Below are positions 29,015-39,614 of a stretch of DNA of 64,000 nucleotides, piece after piece. The DNA lies in NCBI GenBank assembly GCA_963668675.2, contig CAXXMB010000001.1:864001-928000 (forward strand). The letters are read 5' to 3'. Position numbers and translations under genes: made by a program. How positions within the stretch are numbered: the stretch's first letter is position 1; each line of letters starts with the position of its first letter. This DNA comes from an uncultured Desulfatitalea sp. (GTDB lineage Bacteria > Desulfobacterota > Desulfobacteria > Desulfobacterales > Desulfosarcinaceae). The notes beneath the pieces are model-generated. The model ran no database searches and was not told the DNA's origin. It was given only the letters and a program-made list of their open reading frames with translations.

Positions 29015-30481
29015 TCAATTCCTGCTGCTGGCGTAACGGGTGCGTGCCAGGCGATCGATGGGTTTTAAGACGATGTGCTCGCTGCAGCACATGCGGCAAG
29101 GCTTGAATCCTTGCGCCAAAGCTTCGTTCGAATCGCTAAAGATCATAGCGTTCAAGTTGCTGATACGTTTGACCGATTTGCAGTCGGTCCGGTGAAATAT
29201 ATCGGAGTTGCGATTGGCCACGTACTGCGGCTCGCTCTCATTTCCAATTGGTCGGCGCTGCACCACCGTGATGGGCAGCCCCTGCTCCGAAGCTGCCACA
29301 TCGGGAACATCGGCTGACAGGAGGCGTATCGCCAGGGAGCGGTCTGTGGCGATGTTCAGGCCCTCCGGAATCCCTGCACCTGTGCTCATATAGCTCATCG
29401 GCAGACGGTGATGGGCCAGCTGATTGACAAAGGGGCCGATCTGTTCGGTCCAGTCGAGGTGTGTCGGCAACAGCCTGGTTACGCCTACCGGTTGGAAGAA
29501 GCGGACCATCTTGGCAATCGTCTTCTCCTGGGACGCTGCACTGAGCAGCAGGTGCACCTCCGGGTCTGCCATGGCCGTGATCATCTGTTCGAGGAACTGT
29601 CGTCCCTCCTGGTCGTCGGGGGCGATACCAGGGGTGTCGACCACGATCAGCTGCGCATCGGCCATGCGATCTAAGGCCTCTGAGACCTGTTTCGGTTCCG
29701 CTGCCGTCTCCAGGCCAAGGCCCATAATATCGGCGAAACGGGACAACTCATCCGTACCGGCGACCCTATGGTTGTCCAGGCTCAGGATGCCGACGCTATG
29801 CTGCTCATCCATCAGGGCACTCGCCGCCAATTTTGCCACTGTGGCCGTTTTCCCACTGCCGTTGGGGCCGACGAGAACGATAGTGCGACGCTCCTCGTGA
29901 CGCGACGCGCCTTCTTCCGGTGCGACCCACGCTCTGGTTTGAATGGCCTGGGCCAACGCCTCTACCATATCTTCTTCCCCCCCATCTGGGTGGGGCATCG
30001 CATCGGAGGAGAGGGACGCAAGCTCAGACGCGATGGCATCATCTAAACCCTGATCGCGCAATGCCAGGTAGATTGAGCTGTCGCTCGTTTCAGAAGCGGG
30101 CTTGTCCACTGCTCTCGATTCGGACATCATGCGTACCAGTTTTGGGCGCAACTTCTGCTGGCCGGTAAGGGTGATGGGTGTATAGCGCTCAAGAATGCGT
30201 TTCCTCTCACTTGCCGCCTCCCGGGCGGATGCCGCCGGGTTCGTTGAAAGATCGGACAGGGGCCACGCCTTCTCAGACTCATCTGCGACAGGCTCCTGCT
30301 CGGGCATCGCTTCATCGATGGCTGCCGTGACGATCACCTTCGCGCCTCCCATCTTCCCGAAAATACGGCTGGTCTTGCTCAGGTTTTTGGCCGACAGGAT
30401 CACCGCCTCTTCGCCAAACTCTTTTTTGATCATGCGCAGGGCATCAGACATGCTTGGGGCTTCAAAACGCTTAATCTTCAT
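29015..30481 (-). CDS. flhF: SRP-family GTPase FlhF with extra C-terminal Ada-type metal-binding domain
   Basis: MKIKRF...EFGEEAVILS N-terminus; GPNGSGKT, DTPG, THLD; C-terminal YVANRNSDIFHRTDC...GFKPCRMCC. Confidence 0.9.
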   Translation of the reverse strand: MKIKRFEAPSMSDALRMIKKEFGEEAVILSAKNLSKTSRIFGKMGGAKVIVTAAIDEAMPEQEPVADESEKAWPLSDLSTNPAASAREAASERKRILERYTPITLTGQQKLRPKLVRMMSESRAVDKPASETSDSSIYLALRDQGLDDAIASELASLSSDAMPHPDGGEEDMVEALAQAIQTRAWVAPEEGASRHEERRTIVLVGPNGSGKTATVAKLAASALMDEQHSVGILSLDNHRVAGTDELSRFADIMGLGLETAAEPKQVSEALDRMADAQLIVVDTPGIAPDDQEGRQFLEQMITAMADPEVHLLLSAASQEKTIAKMVRFFQPVGVTRLLPTHLDWTEQIGPFVNQLAHHRLPMSYMSTGAGIPEGLNIATDRSLAIRLLSADVPDVAASEQGLPITVVQRRPIGNESEPQYVANRNSDIFHRTDCKSVKRISNLNAMIFSDSNEALAQGFKPCRMCCSEHIVLKPIDRLARTRYASSRN

Positions 30482-32582
30482 CTTTCAGCTCCGCTACTCC
30501 AATGGATTGAATTCTGACATTGGGCAAAATCTCCTCGTAGGCCAGGACAACCAGGTTGGGGATAAAGCGATCCACCAGCTTCTTGAAATGAGATCGGATC
30601 TGCCCCGAACACAGAACCAACGGTTGAAGATTTCTCTGGTTAAACTGTTCGAGCTGCTTTGCCAGTTGCTGTATCAATCGCTGGGCCATTTGGGGATCCA
30701 TCGCCAGGAAGTCTCCCTGGTCGGTGCGCTGGATCGATTCGGCAATGCGACGTTCGGCGCTCTGCCCAAGGGAGACCGCCACCAGATCCTCTTCTGGTGT
30801 CAGGTATTGCCGGGTGATCGATCGTGCCAAGGACTGACGCACATACTCCGTTAGAATATCCAACTGCTTGACCGATGGCGCCCAATCGGCCATGGCCTCG
30901 ATGATGGTCAGGAAATCACGGATCGACACCTGCTCGCCAAGCAGGTTTTGCAACACGCGCACAACTCCACCCAGAGACAAATGGTTGGGAACCAGCTCGT
31001 CCACGACTTTGGGATGGGTCTCCTTGAGCGCATCGAGCAGTTGCTGCGTCTCCTGACGACCGAGTAGCTCATGGGCGTGGCGCCGAATGATATCTGAGAG
31101 ATGGGTGGTGATTACCGTAGAGAGATCGACCACCGTGAAGCCCTTGGCAATCGCCTCCTCGCGCACGGCCTCTTTGATCCAGAACGCATCGATCCCATAG
31201 GTCGGCTCTTTGGTTGGAATGCCGCTGATCGACTCGTCCGCATTGCCCGGATTCATGGCCAGATACTGGTTCAACATCAAGTCGCCCCTGGCGATTTCGT
31301 TGCCTTTGAGCTTGATGGCATACTCACCTGGCCGCAGCTGCATGTTGTCCTGAATATGGATCGAGGGAACGACAATGCCGATCTCCTGTGCCATCTGCCG
31401 ACGAATCGATTTGATGCGGTCGAGCAATTCACCATCCTGCTGGCTGTCCACCAGGGGAATCAGACCGTAGCCGATTTCCAACCCGAGGATATCCAGCGGA
31501 GGCAAGGGCCTGAAACTCTCGGTGGCATCTTCAGCAGCCTCGGCGACAACCTCCTGCTCCGCTGTTGCTTCTTGAGCTGCCTTCTGACGCCCGGCGTGGA
31601 GCAACAGGTAGGCCACGCCGCCCACAAAGATGGCCAGGATAAAAAAGGGCACCGTTGGAAGGCCGGGAATCGTTCCGAAGATGAAGAGAATAAAAGCCGC
31701 TACGGCTAAGGCACGCGGTTTAAGGAAAAGCTGAGTGCCGATTTCGATTCCCAGGCTCTTCTGCGAACCAGCCCGACTCACCACGATGCCGGCTGCCGTG
31801 GAGATGATCAGGGCCGGCACCTGGCTCACCAGTCCGTCCCCGACCGTGAGCAGTGTGTAGTTCTGGGCTGCCTCGGAAAATGACATCCCGTTTTGAAAAA
31901 CGCCGATGGCAAAACCGGCCACAATGTTGATCAGCGTGATGATAATGCCGGCAATGGCGTCACCACGAACAAACTTGTTGGCACCATCCATGGCGCCATA
32001 ATATTCAGACTCGCTGGAGACCTGCTGTCTTCGCTCCCTCGCCTCCTGATCGTCAATCAGGCCGGCATTCAGATCGGCATCGATGCTCATCTGTTTGCCC
32101 GGCATGGCATCCAGGGTGAAACGGGCCGCGACTTCTGCGATGCGACCGGCGCCCTTGGTGATGACCACGAAATTGACCACCACCAGGATGACAAAAACAA
32201 TGAGTCCGACCAGGTAGTTGCCTCCGACCACAAAACTGCCGAAGGCCATGATCACCTTACCGGCGGCCGAGACCCCCTCCTCTCCACGCAGCAAAATCAA
32301 TCGCGTGGAAGCGATGTTGAGGGATAAGCGAAAAAGGGTGGCCAGCAACAAGATGGTTGGAAAGGCCGAAAAGTCCATTGGTTTGATCACGTACATGCCA
32401 ACCAGGAGGATCATCAAGGCAAAGGTGATGTTGAAGGTGAGGAACAGGTCGAGCATCATGGGCGGAATGGGAATGATCATCACCATGAGAATACACATGG
32501 TGGCGAATCCCATCAGCACATCGGTATTCTTGGTGATGAGGGAGAGGCGGTCGCTCAGGGTTCTTGTTCCGGCAATTTCCAT
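30471..32582 (-). CDS. flhA: Export gate protein FlhA
   Basis: FPTILLLATLFRL, RIAEVAARFTLDAMPGKQMSIDADL, YGAMDGANKFVRGDAIAG. Confidence 0.98.
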   Translation of the reverse strand: MEIAGTRTLSDRLSLITKNTDVLMGFATMCILMVMIIPIPPMMLDLFLTFNITFALMILLVGMYVIKPMDFSAFPTILLLATLFRLSLNIASTRLILLRGEEGVSAAGKVIMAFGSFVVGGNYLVGLIVFVILVVVNFVVITKGAGRIAEVAARFTLDAMPGKQMSIDADLNAGLIDDQEARERRQQVSSESEYYGAMDGANKFVRGDAIAGIIITLINIVAGFAIGVFQNGMSFSEAAQNYTLLTVGDGLVSQVPALIISTAAGIVVSRAGSQKSLGIEIGTQLFLKPRALAVAAFILFIFGTIPGLPTVPFFILAIFVGGVAYLLLHAGRQKAAQEATAEQEVVAEAAEDATESFRPLPPLDILGLEIGYGLIPLVDSQQDGELLDRIKSIRRQMAQEIGIVVPSIHIQDNMQLRPGEYAIKLKGNEIARGDLMLNQYLAMNPGNADESISGIPTKEPTYGIDAFWIKEAVREEAIAKGFTVVDLSTVITTHLSDIIRRHAHELLGRQETQQLLDALKETHPKVVDELVPNHLSLGGVVRVLQNLLGEQVSIRDFLTIIEAMADWAPSVKQLDILTEYVRQSLARSITRQYLTPEEDLVAVSLGQSAERRIAESIQRTDQGDFLAMDPQMAQRLIQQLAKQLEQFNQRNLQPLVLCSGQIRSHFKKLVDRFIPNLVVLAYEEILPNVRIQSIGVAELKDED

Positions 32583-32632
32583 CGTATCGATTCACACTCC
32601 ATGGTGGTTTGGGCTTATCGTTGAGATGATTT

Positions 32633-32648
32633 TGCATTTTCCATGCCT
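32633..32648 (-). promoter_or_regulatory. Putative sigma54 promoter for flhA-flhF-flhG-fliA
   Basis: Minus strand AGGCAT-GGAAA-ATGCA with correct GG/GC spacing, in a 261-nt gap. Confidence 0.55.
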
Positions 32649-32843
32649 GAGCAGTACACGACGCTGCCGGCGTGGTAAAAATTTTTATCCTATTGTATTC
32701 TTTGTATTATCGATTTACCACACAGAATGCGGAGGCCTGCTCAGAGGCGCAATTCACCAACCGTTTGCCGGAGCGTCAAAATACCGCCGTCATCCTTTGC
32801 GTCCTAGACGAGAGGAACAAATGCGTGGAGATGGAATGCGGTG

Positions 32844-33914
32844 TTAAGATGCAGGAACCAGGCCTTTCAAGCGATAGACATAGGCCAGTACCTCTGCAAC
32901 AGCCTGGTAGAGCTCCACCGGAATCTGCTGTCCGATTTCAACATCCTTATACATGGCTCTTGCCAGAGGTTTCTGCTCGATGACGGGAATATCGTGTTCG
33001 GTGGCGATCGTTCTGATCTTGGCGGCGATATGACCCGCACCTTTGGCAACCACCAGGGGCGCGGGCATGTTGCGGTCGAATTTCAGTGCGATGGCCAGAT
33101 GGGTCGGGTTGGTGATGACAACGGTGGCGTCGGGCACCGCTTCCATCATGCGCTGCATGGCCATCTCGCGTTGGGCGGCCCGTATGCGGGAGCGAACCAT
33201 GGGATCGCCTTCACGCTGCTTGAACTCGTCTTTCACTTCCTGCTTGGTCATGCGAAGATCGCGTTCGTGCTTCCAAATCTGGAAAAAGAGGTCCAGAGCG
33301 GCCAGTATGATCAGTACCAGGCAGGTGTAAAATCCGAGTTTCAGCGCGACGCGTCCGAAAAAGGAGAGGATCGACATGATATCCAGCTCGATCAGGGCGG
33401 GAATCTTATCCATCTCGCCCCGCAGCATGGCGTAGGAGACGCCGCCGATAATAGCCACCTTCAATATCGACTTGAGCAGCTCGACCAGGGAGGAGATGGA
33501 GAAGAGCCGTTTGATGCCTTTGAGCGGATTCATCTTGGAGAATTTGGGTGACATCGTTTCACCGGTGAACATCAAACCCGTCTGGGCGATATTGCCACAG
33601 ACACCGGCGACGGCAACGGTGGCGATGAGCGGGGCCAGCAAGACGATGATCTTCAGAAATAGCTGCCACAAAAGCGCATGGGTGCTCTCAACGCCCAGTT
33701 GAATATAGGCGATCTGCTGGTAAACCGAGCGCATGATATCGCCGAGCTGATTGAACATCCAGCCACCGGCGAAATAGAATACCGACAGGGCACTGAGCAG
33801 CACCAGCACCGAAGGAATCTCTCTGCTTTTGGCGACTTGCCCTTTTTTCCGCGCCTCCTGGCGCTTCTTAGGGGTCGCCTTTTCAGTTTTTTCCTGGTCG
33901 TTTTCTTCCGCCAT
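32844..33914 (-). CDS. flhB: Export switch protein FlhB
   Basis: EKTEKATPKK, MTKQEVKDE, EGDP, autocleavage site NPTH. Confidence 0.98.
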   Translation of the reverse strand: MAEENDQEKTEKATPKKRQEARKKGQVAKSREIPSVLVLLSALSVFYFAGGWMFNQLGDIMRSVYQQIAYIQLGVESTHALLWQLFLKIIVLLAPLIATVAVAGVCGNIAQTGLMFTGETMSPKFSKMNPLKGIKRLFSISSLVELLKSILKVAIIGGVSYAMLRGEMDKIPALIELDIMSILSFFGRVALKLGFYTCLVLIILAALDLFFQIWKHERDLRMTKQEVKDEFKQREGDPMVRSRIRAAQREMAMQRMMEAVPDATVVITNPTHLAIALKFDRNMPAPLVVAKGAGHIAAKIRTIATEHDIPVIEQKPLARAMYKDVEIGQQIPVELYQAVAEVLAYVYRLKGLVPAS

Positions 33915-33929
33915 ATTCGTTTTCCTATA

Positions 33930-34706
33930 TTAAAAAAGCCCTATCAGGCGAACGATATCGAGACCCAGTTTCTTGAATGCTTTTTCGAAAAAAACCATGC
34001 AGAACGGCAATGAAATACCGAGAAATGCCAACCCCAGGATGATCTGTAGCGGCATGGCCACGATAAAAATCTGCATCTGGGGGACTGTACGCGCAGTCAG
34101 CGCCAGTGCGCATTGGGTCAGAAGGAGGGCCACCATCACCGGAGCGCCGATCTTTACAGCGATGGTGAAAAGATTGGCCGCCATCATCATGATAAAATTC
34201 AGAATCTGCCCATTCAAATGAACACCGAACGGCGGTATGAGTTCAAACGAGTCTACGAGGGCCTTAATAAAGTAGAAATGACCATTGACCGTAAAAAAGA
34301 TCATCAATGCGAAGAGGTTCAAAAATTGCGACAAAATAGGGATCTGGAGACTGGATGCGGGATCGACCACATTGGCAATGGCAAAACCCATCTGAAACCC
34401 GGCCAATTGTCCTGCCAGCTGAACGCCGGCAAAAAAGAGCTGTACCGAGAGCCCTATAATCAGTCCCACTGCAGCCTCTCCAGCAATCCCCAGGGCCAGT
34501 TGAACGGGGTTGCCGATAACCGAAATCCCCTGAAGATCAAGCTGGGGCATGAGCATGACACTCACTGCCATGGCCAGGCTTGCCTTGACCATTCGGGGGA
34601 CATTGCGAGCTTCGAGGAAAGGGATCGAAAAGAGAATGGCACCCACCCGTACCAATACAAACATGAAGAGCTGAACCTGTTCGATCGGCAAATTGAGCAA
34701 CAGCAT
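33930..34706 (-). CDS. fliR: Export gate protein FliR
   Basis: Hydrophobic; AGQLAGFQMG, RTVPQMQIF. Confidence 0.95.
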   Translation of the reverse strand: MLLLNLPIEQVQLFMFVLVRVGAILFSIPFLEARNVPRMVKASLAMAVSVMLMPQLDLQGISVIGNPVQLALGIAGEAAVGLIIGLSVQLFFAGVQLAGQLAGFQMGFAIANVVDPASSLQIPILSQFLNLFALMIFFTVNGHFYFIKALVDSFELIPPFGVHLNGQILNFIMMMAANLFTIAVKIGAPVMVALLLTQCALALTARTVPQMQIFIVAMPLQIILGLAFLGISLPFCMVFFEKAFKKLGLDIVRLIGLF

Positions 34707-34774
34707 GGGGCATCGTCCTTTTCAGATCAACCCATTTCCTGATCTATCACTTTGTTTATAATGTCTTAAATCGT

Positions 34775-35044
34775 CTATTTTAAATACATTGGTATGTTGA
34801 TAAACAATTTGCCTGCGAAGTCGGTGATGATGCCCAGCATCCACGGGAAAAAGACCAAAAGCGCCAGGGCGACGCCTAACATCTTGGGGACAAAGACCAG
34901 CGTCATCTCATTGATCTGGGTTGCGGCCTGGAACATACTGACCAATATACCGACCGTCAGACCGACGGCCAGCATGGGGCCTGCCAGCATGATCGCCGTC
35001 TTGATGGCTTGCAGAAAAAAGCTGGTGATAAACTCAGGGGACAT
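34775..35044 (-). CDS. fliQ: Export gate protein FliQ
   Basis: FQAATQINEMTLVFVPK. Confidence 0.96.
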   Translation of the reverse strand: MSPEFITSFFLQAIKTAIMLAGPMLAVGLTVGILVSMFQAATQINEMTLVFVPKMLGVALALLVFFPWMLGIITDFAGKLFINIPMYLK

Positions 35045-35056
35045 CTCGAACACCTC

Positions 35057-35830
35057 CTATATGGCAAAACTTTTAACCAGTGAGCCGATGATCAAATACC
35101 ATCCGTCTGTCAACACGAAGATCATGAGCTTAAACGGCAGGGAGACCATCACCGGCGGGAGCATCATCATACCCATGGAGAGCAACACACTGGCCACCAC
35201 CATATCGATGATCAGAAAAGGGATGTAGAGCATGAAACCGATCTGAAACGCTGTTTTCAACTCGCTGATGATGAAAGCCGGAATCAATACGGTGGTCGGC
35301 ACATCGTCCATATTTTTGGGGCGCTCCATCTTGGCGATACCGACCATGAGCGCCAGGTCTTTTTCACGGGTCTGTTTGATCATGAACCCCCTGATGGGGA
35401 TTATCGCCCGCTCGAAGGCTTCTGAGGACGTGAGCTGGTTATCGAGGTAGGGCTTTACCGCCTCCTGATTCACGTTTTGCCACACCGGCGTCATGACGAA
35501 AAAGGTGAGAAAGAGCGATAGACCTATGATGACCTGGGTAGGCGGCAGTTGGGCAGCCCCGATGGCCTGGCGAAGCAAAGACAATACAATGGAGATGCGG
35601 GTAAAGCAGGTCACCATTACGAGGATCGACGGCGCCAGCGAGAGCACCGTCATCAATAAAAAAATTTGTAACACGACGCCGACTTTGCCTGAATTTTCAC
35701 CCTGGGCCACATCGATGCTGATGAGACCAGGCCCATTGCCCGGATCAGCGGCTTGCACCGTGTCCAACGGCGCCAGAAAGAGAGTGATCACGACCATCGC
35801 TGCAAGCAGATATTTGTTCATAGTCACCAT
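35057..35830 (-). CDS. fliP: Export gate protein FliP
   Basis: [41 protein letters not shown]. Confidence 0.97.
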   Translation of the reverse strand: MVTMNKYLLAAMVVITLFLAPLDTVQAADPGNGPGLISIDVAQGENSGKVGVVLQIFLLMTVLSLAPSILVMVTCFTRISIVLSLLRQAIGAAQLPPTQVIIGLSLFLTFFVMTPVWQNVNQEAVKPYLDNQLTSSEAFERAIIPIRGFMIKQTREKDLALMVGIAKMERPKNMDDVPTTVLIPAFIISELKTAFQIGFMLYIPFLIIDMVVASVLLSMGMMMLPPVMVSLPFKLMIFVLTDGWYLIIGSLVKSFAI

Positions 35831-35835
35831 AATCG

Positions 35836-36246
35836 CTATTCCGCCTTGGGACTGCCGGCAACGATCGTTTTCGATCGATTTACATCCATCGGACGAAGCA
35901 TGCGCTGAAGCTGCTCTTTGAATCCCTCTCTTTTGGCGTACTGGGCAGGTGTGTCGGACAGGGAGGCCAACACCTGGGGATCATCGATTTGGGTTAACAG
36001 GTTGATGCGATCACCGCCGAGGCCGAGCACCAGAACGGTGCCCGGCACCTGCACTACGGCAATGGATTTTTTAACCCCCAGATAGCGGCTGCCCAACACC
36101 TTGATCAATTGCCCTTTTCCAGCGGCTGCGCCGGCCGGAAGGGAACGCCGGGTCCAGCGATAGACGAGCCACAGAATGGTCAACACAAGACCCAGGGAGA
36201 GCACCATTTTAATGGCCGCCATCGTCAAGTCGGGTGCGTGGTTCAT
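35836..36246 (-). CDS. fliO: FliO/FliZ export accessory protein
   Basis: N-terminal [20 protein letters not shown]; between fliN and fliP. Confidence 0.88.
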   Translation of the reverse strand: MNHAPDLTMAAIKMVLSLGLVLTILWLVYRWTRRSLPAGAAAGKGQLIKVLGSRYLGVKKSIAVVQVPGTVLVLGLGGDRINLLTQIDDPQVLASLSDTPAQYAKREGFKEQLQRMLRPMDVNRSKTIVAGSPKAE

Positions 36247-36668
36247 TTAAGTTTCTCCAGTCGCTCCACCGGGCTGATCACTTCGGTCAAACGAATACCG
36301 TACTTGTCGTTCATCACAACCACATCGCCCTTGGCAATCAACCTGTTGTTGGCCAATATCTCGAGTGTCTCCCCGGCCGGTTTGGAGAGTTCGATGACCG
36401 AACCCTGACCCAGTTTGAGCAGGTCGTGAATCAACATTTTGGTGTGCCCAAGCTCGACCGTAATCTCCAACGGGATATCGAGGATGAAATCCAAGTTGGC
36501 CGGTTTGCCGCCATCGGTTTTATTTTTCAACCCGGAAAAGGCATGGGGAGGCTGCCCCACCTTCGCGGGAGGCTGCTCATCGGCACCGCCGTGTTGCTGG
36601 GCAATGGAATTGGGATCACCTTGACCGGGATGGAGGCTGCCGTTTGTCTGTGTCGTATCTTCCGCCAT
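36243..36668 (-). CDS. fliN: C-ring protein FliN
   Basis: LDFILDIPLEITVELG, GSVIEL, GDVVVMNDKYGIR. Confidence 0.96.
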   Translation of the reverse strand: MAEDTTQTNGSLHPGQGDPNSIAQQHGGADEQPPAKVGQPPHAFSGLKNKTDGGKPANLDFILDIPLEITVELGHTKMLIHDLLKLGQGSVIELSKPAGETLEILANNRLIAKGDVVVMNDKYGIRLTEVISPVERLEKLK

Positions 36669-36674
36669 GGTATC

Positions 36675-37658
36675 CTATTCTCCTTCGTCATTTTTTATGA
36701 GCGTCGAAATCTGAACGGCCCGATTCCCTTTGAGTGTCCCCGGCATCCCCAGATATTTGGGTGTCCCCTCTATTTTGAGTGTGACCGGGTCCTGGGGACC
36801 CGAATTGATCCTGACCACATCGCCCCTCTCGAGGTTGAGTATGTTTCCGATGGTGTAGACGGTTTTCCCTAGCTCGGCCACCATTTTGACCTTGGTGTCC
36901 TGCAGCAAGACCGAGAGCTGGGAGCGGAATGCGTGCGCGCGGTCCTTTTCGCGCAGATACCTTGAAGAGAGCTTGTCCTTGACCGGTTCGAGCATCAAAT
37001 AGGGAGTGCAGATGTGGATGTTGCCGGCAAATTCATCTCCGGCCACTGAAAAGACGAAGATCAACACCAGATCGCCTGGGCTGACCAAATTGACGAATTC
37101 GGGTTTGCACTCCGTCTTTTTTTGAAACACCTTAATGTCGTATGCCACCTTCCATGCACGCTCCAGCTCGGTCAAGACCTCGGTGTAAAAGCGTTTCAGC
37201 ATGCGCTGTTCGATCTGGGTGAATTCGCGCACTTTGGCAAGGGGGCGTCCGACACCGCCGAACATACTATCGATCAGGGCAAAACAGAGATTGGGCTCCG
37301 CGGCCAACATTGCCGAACCGATCAATGGCTCCATGGAATAGATGCTGAAACCGGTGGGGTTGGAGAAGGCGCGCAGGAATTCACCGAACTTTACGATCTC
37401 TTTGGAGACCTGTTTCACCTCGATAGCGCGCTGCAGCGAACTGGACAGCGACACGTTGAGCAGGTTGACGAATTTATCATAAACCTCGTCCAGGGCATCG
37501 AACTGATCCCTCAACGTCAGGCTCTGGGAGGTCAGGTCGTATGCACGGGCCTCTGCCTTGACTTGGGGTTTTATCTCCTCTTCGACTTCAACTTCGCCGC
37601 TGTCCATAGCGTTGAGCAGCGCATCGATCTCTTCCTGGGAAAGTATCTGTTCAGCCAT
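36675..37658 (-). CDS. fliM: C-ring protein FliM
   Basis: LSQEEIDALL CheY-binding motif, FGGVG, C-terminal SpoA domain. Confidence 0.95.
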   Translation of the reverse strand: MAEQILSQEEIDALLNAMDSGEVEVEEEIKPQVKAEARAYDLTSQSLTLRDQFDALDEVYDKFVNLLNVSLSSSLQRAIEVKQVSKEIVKFGEFLRAFSNPTGFSIYSMEPLIGSAMLAAEPNLCFALIDSMFGGVGRPLAKVREFTQIEQRMLKRFYTEVLTELERAWKVAYDIKVFQKKTECKPEFVNLVSPGDLVLIFVFSVAGDEFAGNIHICTPYLMLEPVKDKLSSRYLREKDRAHAFRSQLSVLLQDTKVKMVAELGKTVYTIGNILNLERGDVVRINSGPQDPVTLKIEGTPKYLGMPGTLKGNRAVQISTLIKNDEGE

Positions 37659-37673
37659 GAGAGCAGCTCCTGC

Positions 37674-38147
37674 TTACTGGACGACGAATTCGGTGAAGTA
37701 AATGGTGGTGACGGTGCCTTTTTTCAGGATCGCGTTCATTTTTGCGATCAGTTCGTCGCGTAGTGTAATCTTGCCTTCGGTTCCACTGATGTCCGAATAC
37801 TGTTTGCTGGGCAGCACCATGAGGATGGTGTCACGCAATTGGGGCATCCTGAGATTGATCTCTTCCAGGACTTCAGGCGTGCTCAACTCCAGCTCCATGG
37901 TGATTCTCAAGTAGCGCTTGCCCCCCTGATCCGCCAGATTGACGATCAACGTATCCATCTTTAATGTGGGCAGGATCGGCGACTCCTCCTCTACGGTCTC
38001 TTCGGTGGCGTTTCCGTCTGCATTTTGCATTTGAACCTGGGCAAGGGTGGTGTTCATCTTGGTCCACATCAGAAAAAAACCACCGCCCATCATCCCTATC
38101 ATCAGAACGGCTACCCCTAGAATGATCACTAACATTTTTGTGGACAT
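37674..38147 (-). CDS. fliL: Stator-associated protein FliL
   Basis: TM with GGGFF, IVNLAD..G.RYL, PQLRD, IYFTEFVVQ. Confidence 0.94.
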   Translation of the reverse strand: MSTKMLVIILGVAVLMIGMMGGGFFLMWTKMNTTLAQVQMQNADGNATEETVEEESPILPTLKMDTLIVNLADQGGKRYLRITMELELSTPEVLEEINLRMPQLRDTILMVLPSKQYSDISGTEGKITLRDELIAKMNAILKKGTVTTIYFTEFVVQ

Positions 38148-38174
38148 GCTCTACTCCTTCAGTCGGTCGTGTCC

Positions 38175-38882
38175 CTAAACATTCGGGCCGGCGTTCGCCT
38201 CCTGACCCAAAATAATTTCAACGCGCCGGTTAGCAGCGCGGTTCGCCTCAGAATCGTTGGCGGCTTTTGGTTTGAAAGATCCATATCCGGCGGCCGAAAG
38301 CAGCTCCGGCGCGATGCCGGTTTGTTTGGCGAAAAATTTAACCACATTGACAGCCCTTGCCGCCGAAAGCTCCCAGTTGGAGGGGTAGCGCTCGGTGGCA
38401 ATGGGCAGATCGTCGGTGTGCCCTTCGACCCGAATTTGGCGCTTCATCGGTTTAATCACAGCCCCTATGCGCTGCAACAATTTAACTCCCTGCTCTGTCA
38501 TCCGGGCGCTTCCGGACTGAAAAAGCATTCGATCGTTCAGGGTAAGCTTGATACCCTTGCGTGTGTATTCAGCCTTGAGCCCATCCGCTTCGGGCAATGC
38601 CTTGATGGTATCTTCGTTCTGCGCCTCTTTTGCTTTTCCGTCCGTCCACTGGTGGTCGCTGATCAATCCCTCGTCGCCATGGCGTCCTGAATTCATTACG
38701 CCCATGGCGCTCTGCAGGCCATTCTGGAAATTTGCAAAACGGTTCACATCGATATGGCCCATTGAGAAGAGCAGCACAAAGAAGACCATCAACAGGGTGA
38801 TCAGGTCGTTGAAGGTGATCAACCATCGATTTTGTAACGGTGCCTGATCGGATAAGGCCGTTGGGCCTCTCTGTCTGATCAT
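38175..38882 (-). CDS. motB: Stator B subunit (MotB family), catalytic Asp present
   Basis: WLITFNDLITLLMVFFVLL; OmpA domain (EGHTDD, SNWELSAARA, NRRVEI). Confidence 0.9.
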   Translation of the reverse strand: MIRQRGPTALSDQAPLQNRWLITFNDLITLLMVFFVLLFSMGHIDVNRFANFQNGLQSAMGVMNSGRHGDEGLISDHQWTDGKAKEAQNEDTIKALPEADGLKAEYTRKGIKLTLNDRMLFQSGSARMTEQGVKLLQRIGAVIKPMKRQIRVEGHTDDLPIATERYPSNWELSAARAVNVVKFFAKQTGIAPELLSAAGYGSFKPKAANDSEANRAANRRVEIILGQEANAGPNV

Positions 38883-38884
38883 GA

Positions 38885-39613
38885 TCAGCCCTGCCTCCCC
38901 TCCACGTTAAAGACCAAGTCGACCCGACGGTTCCTCGCCCGGCCGGCACGGTCCTCATTTGAAACCAGTGGCCTGAATTCGGAATAACCGATGGCCGAAA
39001 GCAGCCCCGCATTCACGCCGACGGAGTGGTTTAGATAGCGTAGGACCGATATGGCCCGGGCAGTGGAGAGCTCCCAATTGGATGGGAAACGATCGGTGCG
39101 AATAGGCCTGTCGTCGGTGTGCCCCTGTATCTCGACTGGCACGCCGATCTTTTCGATCAGATGTCCAATCTTGCTTAAAATTGCCGAGGCCTCGCTGGTC
39201 AGGGTCGCCGAGGAGCTCTCGAACAGCAATTTGTTTTTCAAGCGCAGGACGACCCTCCCCTTCTGCTGCTCGAGTTCAATCTGATCCAGCCCCTCCTCAA
39301 GGCTCACATGACGCACCTTCTCGAACAGCATCGCACTCAGGTCCTCTTTGGCCAGCAGGTTGAGTTTGGCATCGAGCATGGTGTCTCCCTCTTCAATGCT
39401 CTGCCCGCCGTCGAAAACGCTGACCGCATTGGAAAAAGAGCTCGCAAAGCGCGTGATTTTGGATGGATCCAGAGAAGCAAAGGAGGTGAGCATCACAAAG
39501 AAACAGAGCATGATCAGGATAAACCCCGTATAGACGATCTGCCAGCCATCTTTGGACCGATCGGTCCCGGGTGAGGATTGTGAAGCGTGCTTATGGAAGC
39601 GACTCAGTATCAC
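38885..39613 (-). CDS. MotB-family paralog lacking the conserved TM aspartate
   Basis: WQIVYTGFILIMLCFFVML (D to G); intact OmpA domain (QGHTDD, SNWELSTARA, NRRVDL). Confidence 0.88.
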   Translation of the reverse strand: MILSRFHKHASQSSPGTDRSKDGWQIVYTGFILIMLCFFVMLTSFASLDPSKITRFASSFSNAVSVFDGGQSIEEGDTMLDAKLNLLAKEDLSAMLFEKVRHVSLEEGLDQIELEQQKGRVVLRLKNKLLFESSSATLTSEASAILSKIGHLIEKIGVPVEIQGHTDDRPIRTDRFPSNWELSTARAISVLRYLNHSVGVNAGLLSAIGYSEFRPLVSNEDRAGRARNRRVDLVFNVEGRQG

Positions 39614-39614
39614 C

